Program-made: the position numbers and the translations under genes
Origin: Geosiphon pyriformis uo1
Lineage: Eukaryota > Fungi > Glomeromycota
DNA length: 64,000 bases
Assembly (NCBI GenBank): GCA_016748015.1
Contig: JAAOMT010000495.1
Coordinates: forward strand, 264,094-328,093
Reading direction: 5' to 3'
Shown here: positions 59,012 through 64,000 of the stretch, in pieces
How the letters are laid out: every line of letters begins with the position of its first letter
Numbering within the stretch: the stretch's first letter is position 1
Notes under the pieces: model-generated
The model's input: only the letters and a program-made list of their open reading frames with translations
What the model was told of the DNA's origin: nothing
Databases searched by the model: none

Positions 59012-59145
59012 TGTTGCCTTGTCTGGTTTGAGTGGCTAGTCACATGTAGAAAGTGCATGAGTTACATTTAGTTTGAGTTTCTTAGTTTGGCTCTATGTAC
59101 TAGATAGTGATTGGGCTTCACTTTTTAAAAGCATAATAAAAAAAA

Positions 59146-61080
59146 TATATATAATTAACTATCTAAATTAATTAAAACACAAACTAAGCTAAATTAAAAA
59201 AAAAATTCAATTTATAAAGTCTAATAATAAAACTATTTAAATTTTAATTATTAAAAATAAATTTACTTAAAAAAAATCTAATTTTTTTAATATATTTAAT
59301 ATTAAAATTACATATTTATTATAGAGTTACTAAATAATTAAGAGTTTTATTATTTAAAAAAAATATTTTAATAATACTTATATTATTTTTATTTATGTTA
59401 TTAATATTTATTTTAGTATTAAAAAATTAACAAAACTTTTAATAATATTTATTATAATTATTAAATTTTTTTTTACAATAAAATTATTGTGTATATTCTT
59501 AATTAAAAGTAAAATAACCAAAATAATCAAAGAATTTAATTTTAATAACAAAAACAACTAAAAATATAACAATAAAAAAAACCAAAAAATTAAAAATTTT
59601 AATATAAAACTTTATATTAACAAAAAATTAAAAGTCTTAATATTATTAATAAACTTAAAAAAAAATTTAAAAAAATTTATAATTTAAATTTTGATATTTG
59701 TAACATAATATTTAAAATTCTTAAAAACTTAAAAATCACAACAGCAAAATATTAACAATAATAAAAATTAAGAAAACAAGAAATAAAATAAGTATAACTA
59801 TTAACTTAAAAAATTAAATTACTGATTTTAAAAACAGCCAAAAAAAAATTTAATTTAATTAATTTTAAAAGTATCTTATAAAATAATAATTTTTTTTATT
59901 AAGTAAAAAAAATTTTAATATTGTCTTTTTTATTAATACAAACTAGTAAACAAAAAGAACAACAACAATAGAAAAAAATTTCTTAAATAAACAATAATAT
60001 ATTATAACAAATTAATAGATTTTAACTTAATTAAAAGAACAATATTAAAAACCCCAAAAGTATTTTTAATATTATTAAATAATATATTAAATAAAATATT
60101 ATAAAATATAACAAAAATAAAAAAAATACAAAAGACATTATAAAAGACTTTACAATTTTAAAAGTAGCCAAAAACAAAAAATCACTATCAAAAAAGTTTT
60201 AGAAACAAATTTTACACAAAACAACTTAATATTGTTTTTTAAATTAAATTTGAATTTAGATAACAATTGAAATAAAAAATTAATATAAGCTAATTTAATT
60301 TAAAATATAATATCAAGCATCAAAATAAAAACTATTAATTCAAAAAAATTTTAATAACAGAAAATTGTTTTCCAAATATTATTAAAAACAGTACCAAAAA
60401 ACAAAAAAAAACAATTAATTTGGTTTTTATTTAGTTATTTTAATTCTTAAAATCAAGTAATTTAATAAGTTAATTAGTTAAAAACATTTTTATAAATATG
60501 CTTTGTTTTGTTTTTAAAACCAAAAATAATTTATTAAAAAATACTATATTTAACAATATAATTAATAATTAATTTTAGTTTATTTTAAAAAACATATTAT
60601 TATTGTTATTTTTATATTAAAAAAAACTAATTGTTATTATAAAAATTTTATTTAAGATCTTATTTAAAATTATAAAAAAGTTCAATATAACAATAGTAAA
60701 TACAAATATTTATTGTTGTTTTTGGAGATTTTTGGTTTTTTTGATTATTTGTAAAATAATAATAATGATAATAACAAAAAAAACCAATTTGTTAATTAGT
60801 TTATTATTAAAAATCTTAAAAAAAATAAAAACCATATTAAAATTAACTTTAAATATTTCTTAAAAAAAATTTAAAAAAAACTATTAATTAAAAATAAAAA
60901 AAAATACATTAAAAATTATTAAAGCAGTTTTTTACTATTAATATTTAAGAAAAATATCTTTAAACCATTTTGTTTAACTGTTTTTATAACAAAAAGTATT
61001 TTTTTATTAAAACTTTATTAATTATTATAAAAAAATAATATTTAAAACTTTTTTACTTTTTGTTTTGTAATTATAAAAAT
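59146..61080 (-). mobile_element. ORF1-only element HAL-D (body and proximal tail), strongly eroded
   Basis: rc of 61080-60000 aligns to 22003-23000 (e.g. aaaacagttaaacaaaatggtttaaag, aataataaactaattaacaaattggtttt); rc of 59146-59195 resembles the start of the tail. Confidence 0.7.
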
Positions 61081-61099
61081 AGAAAATAAATTTTTTTTT

Positions 61100-62450
61100 T
61101 AATTAAATATTTATATTTATAAATAATGTTTTTATAGATAAAATTTATTAAGTTTGTATTTGTTTTTAAATTGTTTTTACTTTAAATTATTTATAAAATA
61201 ATTTACTATTATTATAATATATTGGTTTTTTTTGTTGTAATAAATTGTAATTTAACTAAAATAATTTTATTTTATTAATTAGTTGTTCAACTTTAATTGA
61301 ATTAAGAAGTTTTATAAAACAAATTTCTTTTTTTTTGACAATTATTATAAAATTTAACATATTTTTAAATGTTTTTTTGTATATAATAAATGTTTTTAAA
61401 TAAGTTTTAATATTGTTATAAATTTTAAAATCCATTATTGTTGTTAAGTATTTATTAATATAATAATTGAATTTTATCTTATTTTTAAAAAACAATTTAT
61501 ATTTATGTGTAATTTTTTTAATTTACAATAAAAAATATATTTATAGTTAATTAAAAATCTTATTTAATAAAATTATTCTATATTGAATATTAATATTTTA
61601 ATGATTATAAGAATTTTTAAATATTATTAAAAGCAATATTAATAAAAAGAAAAAAAAAGCTCTAGTTTTTATTTAATTAATTAAAATTATATATAAAAAT
61701 ATAACATATTTTGTTTTTAAAATAGCAAAATTAATTAGAATTTAATGTATTAAACAATTTAAATATGTGTTAATCAAAGTTAGTTTTAATAAATATATTG
61801 TTATCATTATTATTTAAACCAAAAAATTATTGTTTATAATTATTACAAAATTAATATAAATACTAAAATAAATAAGTTTTTTTAATATTTTAAAAAAATT
61901 AATTGTTTAAATTAAAAAATAAAAAATAGCTTTGTTATTGGTTTTTTGTTAAAAATTTTTATACTTTTTATAAGAATTGTAATCATATTAAGTTTGGCTT
62001 TAATTAATTATTTAAAAAAAAATTTTTTATTTAAAACCAAAAATAGTGTTTTAATAATAATTAAAACAGTTTTAACTTTATATTACTTAAAAAGACTACT
62101 TAAAAAGAGTGTTGTTTAATTATTTTTATTATAAAAAAAGTTTTTTAAGTTTTAAAACTAAGAAAAACAATATTAAAAATAAAAATTACAATTATTTTAC
62201 TTTTTGTTTCAAATATAGTTATAAAAATATATAAAAAATAGTTTATTTTAATTATTGGTTAAATTAAAAATTAAATTAAATTTTTTTTTATTATTTATTT
62301 TTTATTCGATTTTTATTTTTAAATATTTAAATATCATTTGTAATAAAAAATTATTTCTTTTTTTAATTTGTATTGTTAAAATTAACTTAAAAAACAAATA
62401 ATTTGCTTTGTTTAAAATTTTTTTGATTATTTCTTTTTTTTTTGCTATTT
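61100..62450. repeat. Extremely AT-rich, unassignable repeat relic
   Basis: Almost no C/G and no credible ORF; consistent with end-stage erosion. Confidence 0.45.
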
Positions 62451-62626
62451 TTACTTCAACTTATAACTAAAATGTATAATATTAGGCAAACTTTTCAGTT
62501 TATAATCAGCATTGAAAAAATTCCCAATCTTTCATATAAATAAATTTGCCAAAAAACTCAACAATTCAACAAAAACTAGAATTATATGCAACAACTATTA
62601 TCTATGATGTGCTAAAGCTCTCGAGT

Positions 62627-64000
62627 CTATCCTGTGTGCTCTACAGTGGTGCTGACAAGTTTACCATTGAAAATAGTACTTTTTACTTGTTCAGGGACTG
62701 GTCTTTCAGCAAAATCTCCATCTTGTCCAGCACCGGGAATGTTAACATTGATGGAAGAACTTTTGGCAGTAAGAATCTCGATATCCATACACTCTGGGGA
62801 CAAGAAGATTTGCCCACTATCAGATTTGTCTATTACGATAGTAGGGGTACGGCCGAGTATTTGAAGTTGGAAAGATCTGGAGTTTACAATATCCACCGTA
62901 GCAACAGCAGAATCCACTAGGAGACCGGTTTTTTGGCAAGAATCTATTGTTACAAATAAATTAATTTCAAGATTGTTGAGAATTGCATTATTTATGCTCG
63001 TTAAATATTACCAAGAGTGATCGCGTTTACTTTGCCCTTGATTTGTATAGTAGAATTCTTGCAACCGTAAATGTAGACGGTGTGATTAATCGCAGTTTCT
63101 TCGATCAACAAGTTTGAATTATTTTCATAATTTTCCTGAGGATTAAATAAGTGGTAAGAGAGCAATACACAATAATATACTCATAAATTTGCCAACATCA
63201 TATTTAATTCACTCTTACAATTGTCCATTTAGTGCCATCTAGTTGAGTCTTTGGTGGCTTTTTCAATGATAACGACACAGGCTTAGGGGGTGCGGTGGGA
63301 CCTTTTTTTTGCCCTTTAGTCAATTAAAAGTTTCAGTCAAGTAAAAAAATAAATGTGTTAATGTTCTTTGGGCTGCAATATACTAATACAAATCGTCAAT
63401 TACCTTTAACAATGCCACTAGTGCGTAAACTAGGATTCTTGTGGGTCATTTGACTTTTATCAACTTTTTTTAAACTATCAACAATGCTTTCCCCTCGATT
63501 GAGTTCTGCGAAGACTGAGCTCATATCAGCTTGTCCTTTTGCGGACACAAAATCAATGATTCCGGAATCAGTTAGGGATGGGGGTGGTGGGGGAGCTGGT
63601 GGGCCCCCAACTGATAGCAGGGCTGTACCAGCAGAATTGGTGCCACTGTTGTGTGCTAGCTTTCTACCCACAAATGTTTTAGCTTCCACACCCTAAAGTA
63701 AAGTTATTTAATTTTTTTTTAATATTTGGATGTAGAGTAATGTTTAGGCATCATCAAACCTGGGAATTCCAGACGAGGCCCGTTATATGGTATTTTTTAA
63801 CATAGTTTTGTAACTCTGTTAAGAGAGCCACAAAGCTGTTAGCCCACTCAACATGGGTGCGATCCCTAAAAGATTTCAAACATAAATATTCGAGACTTTA
63901 ATTTAATATCCTATTAATCGTCATTTGTCGATATCATGGACGTAAAAGTTCCGCTAAGAGTAGTGTATCTCTGGAGTCTATGAGCGCAGAATTAAAGTTT
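62627..64000 (-). CDS. SRV2: Adenylyl cyclase-associated protein (CAP/Srv2), 3' exons only; gene continues beyond the window
   Basis: GGPPAPPPPP, SVFAELNRGESIVDSLKKVDKSQMTHKNPSLR (WH2), TKWTIENYEN, TVYIYGCKNSTIQIKGKVNAITL, DKSDSGQIFLS, TAKSSSINV, ERPVPEQ, VEHTG*. GT-AG introns. Confidence 0.96.

Larger units (their letters stand above)
42822..59145 (+). mobile_element. LINE-D: full-length non-LTR retrotransposon interrupted by a Gypsy element
   Basis: 5' end aaaacttctttc as in LINE-B and LINE-C; ORF1 42946-44880; ORF2 44873-45156 joined to 54605-59011; tail and poly(A) 59012-59145; 10-bp TSD TATATATAAT at 42812-42821 and 59146-59155. Confidence 0.93.

Overview
Eukaryotic, intron-containing fungal DNA. 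It is most likely an early-diverging (non-Dikarya, Glomeromycotina-like) fungus; this is inferred from gene content, notably methylmalonyl-CoA epimerase, and was not verified by search. Three small gene islands with normal CpG content hold an intact 6-exon fused urease (209-3078); Hsp110/SSE1, methylmalonyl-CoA epimerase and a divergent Rab7 (26009-32052); and the 3' part of CAP/SRV2 (62627-end). They sit in about 50 kb of nested, C-to-T/G-to-A-eroded retroelements. These comprise four full-length non-LTR elements (RRM/zinc-knuckle ORF1; APE-RT-RNase H-CCHC ORF2), several 5'-truncated or relic copies, a solo LTR, and a full Ty3/Gypsy element that carries a dUTPase and an unexplained Cys-rich domain. 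There are also at least four ORF1-only ('half-LINE', HAL1-like) elements, which end in the same two-hairpin 3' tail as the LINEs and carry their own C-terminal motif. Main points of interest: (i) the LINE/ORF1-only element system sharing a structured tail; (ii) two of four LINEs inserted antisense inside the ~130-bp 3' tail of a relative, each with a visible TSD; (iii) RIP-like transition hypermutation (about 38 transitions vs 2 transversions between the LTR pair, mostly non-CpG); (iv) the dUTPase + Cys-rich Gypsy pol. All alignments and counts were done by eye.
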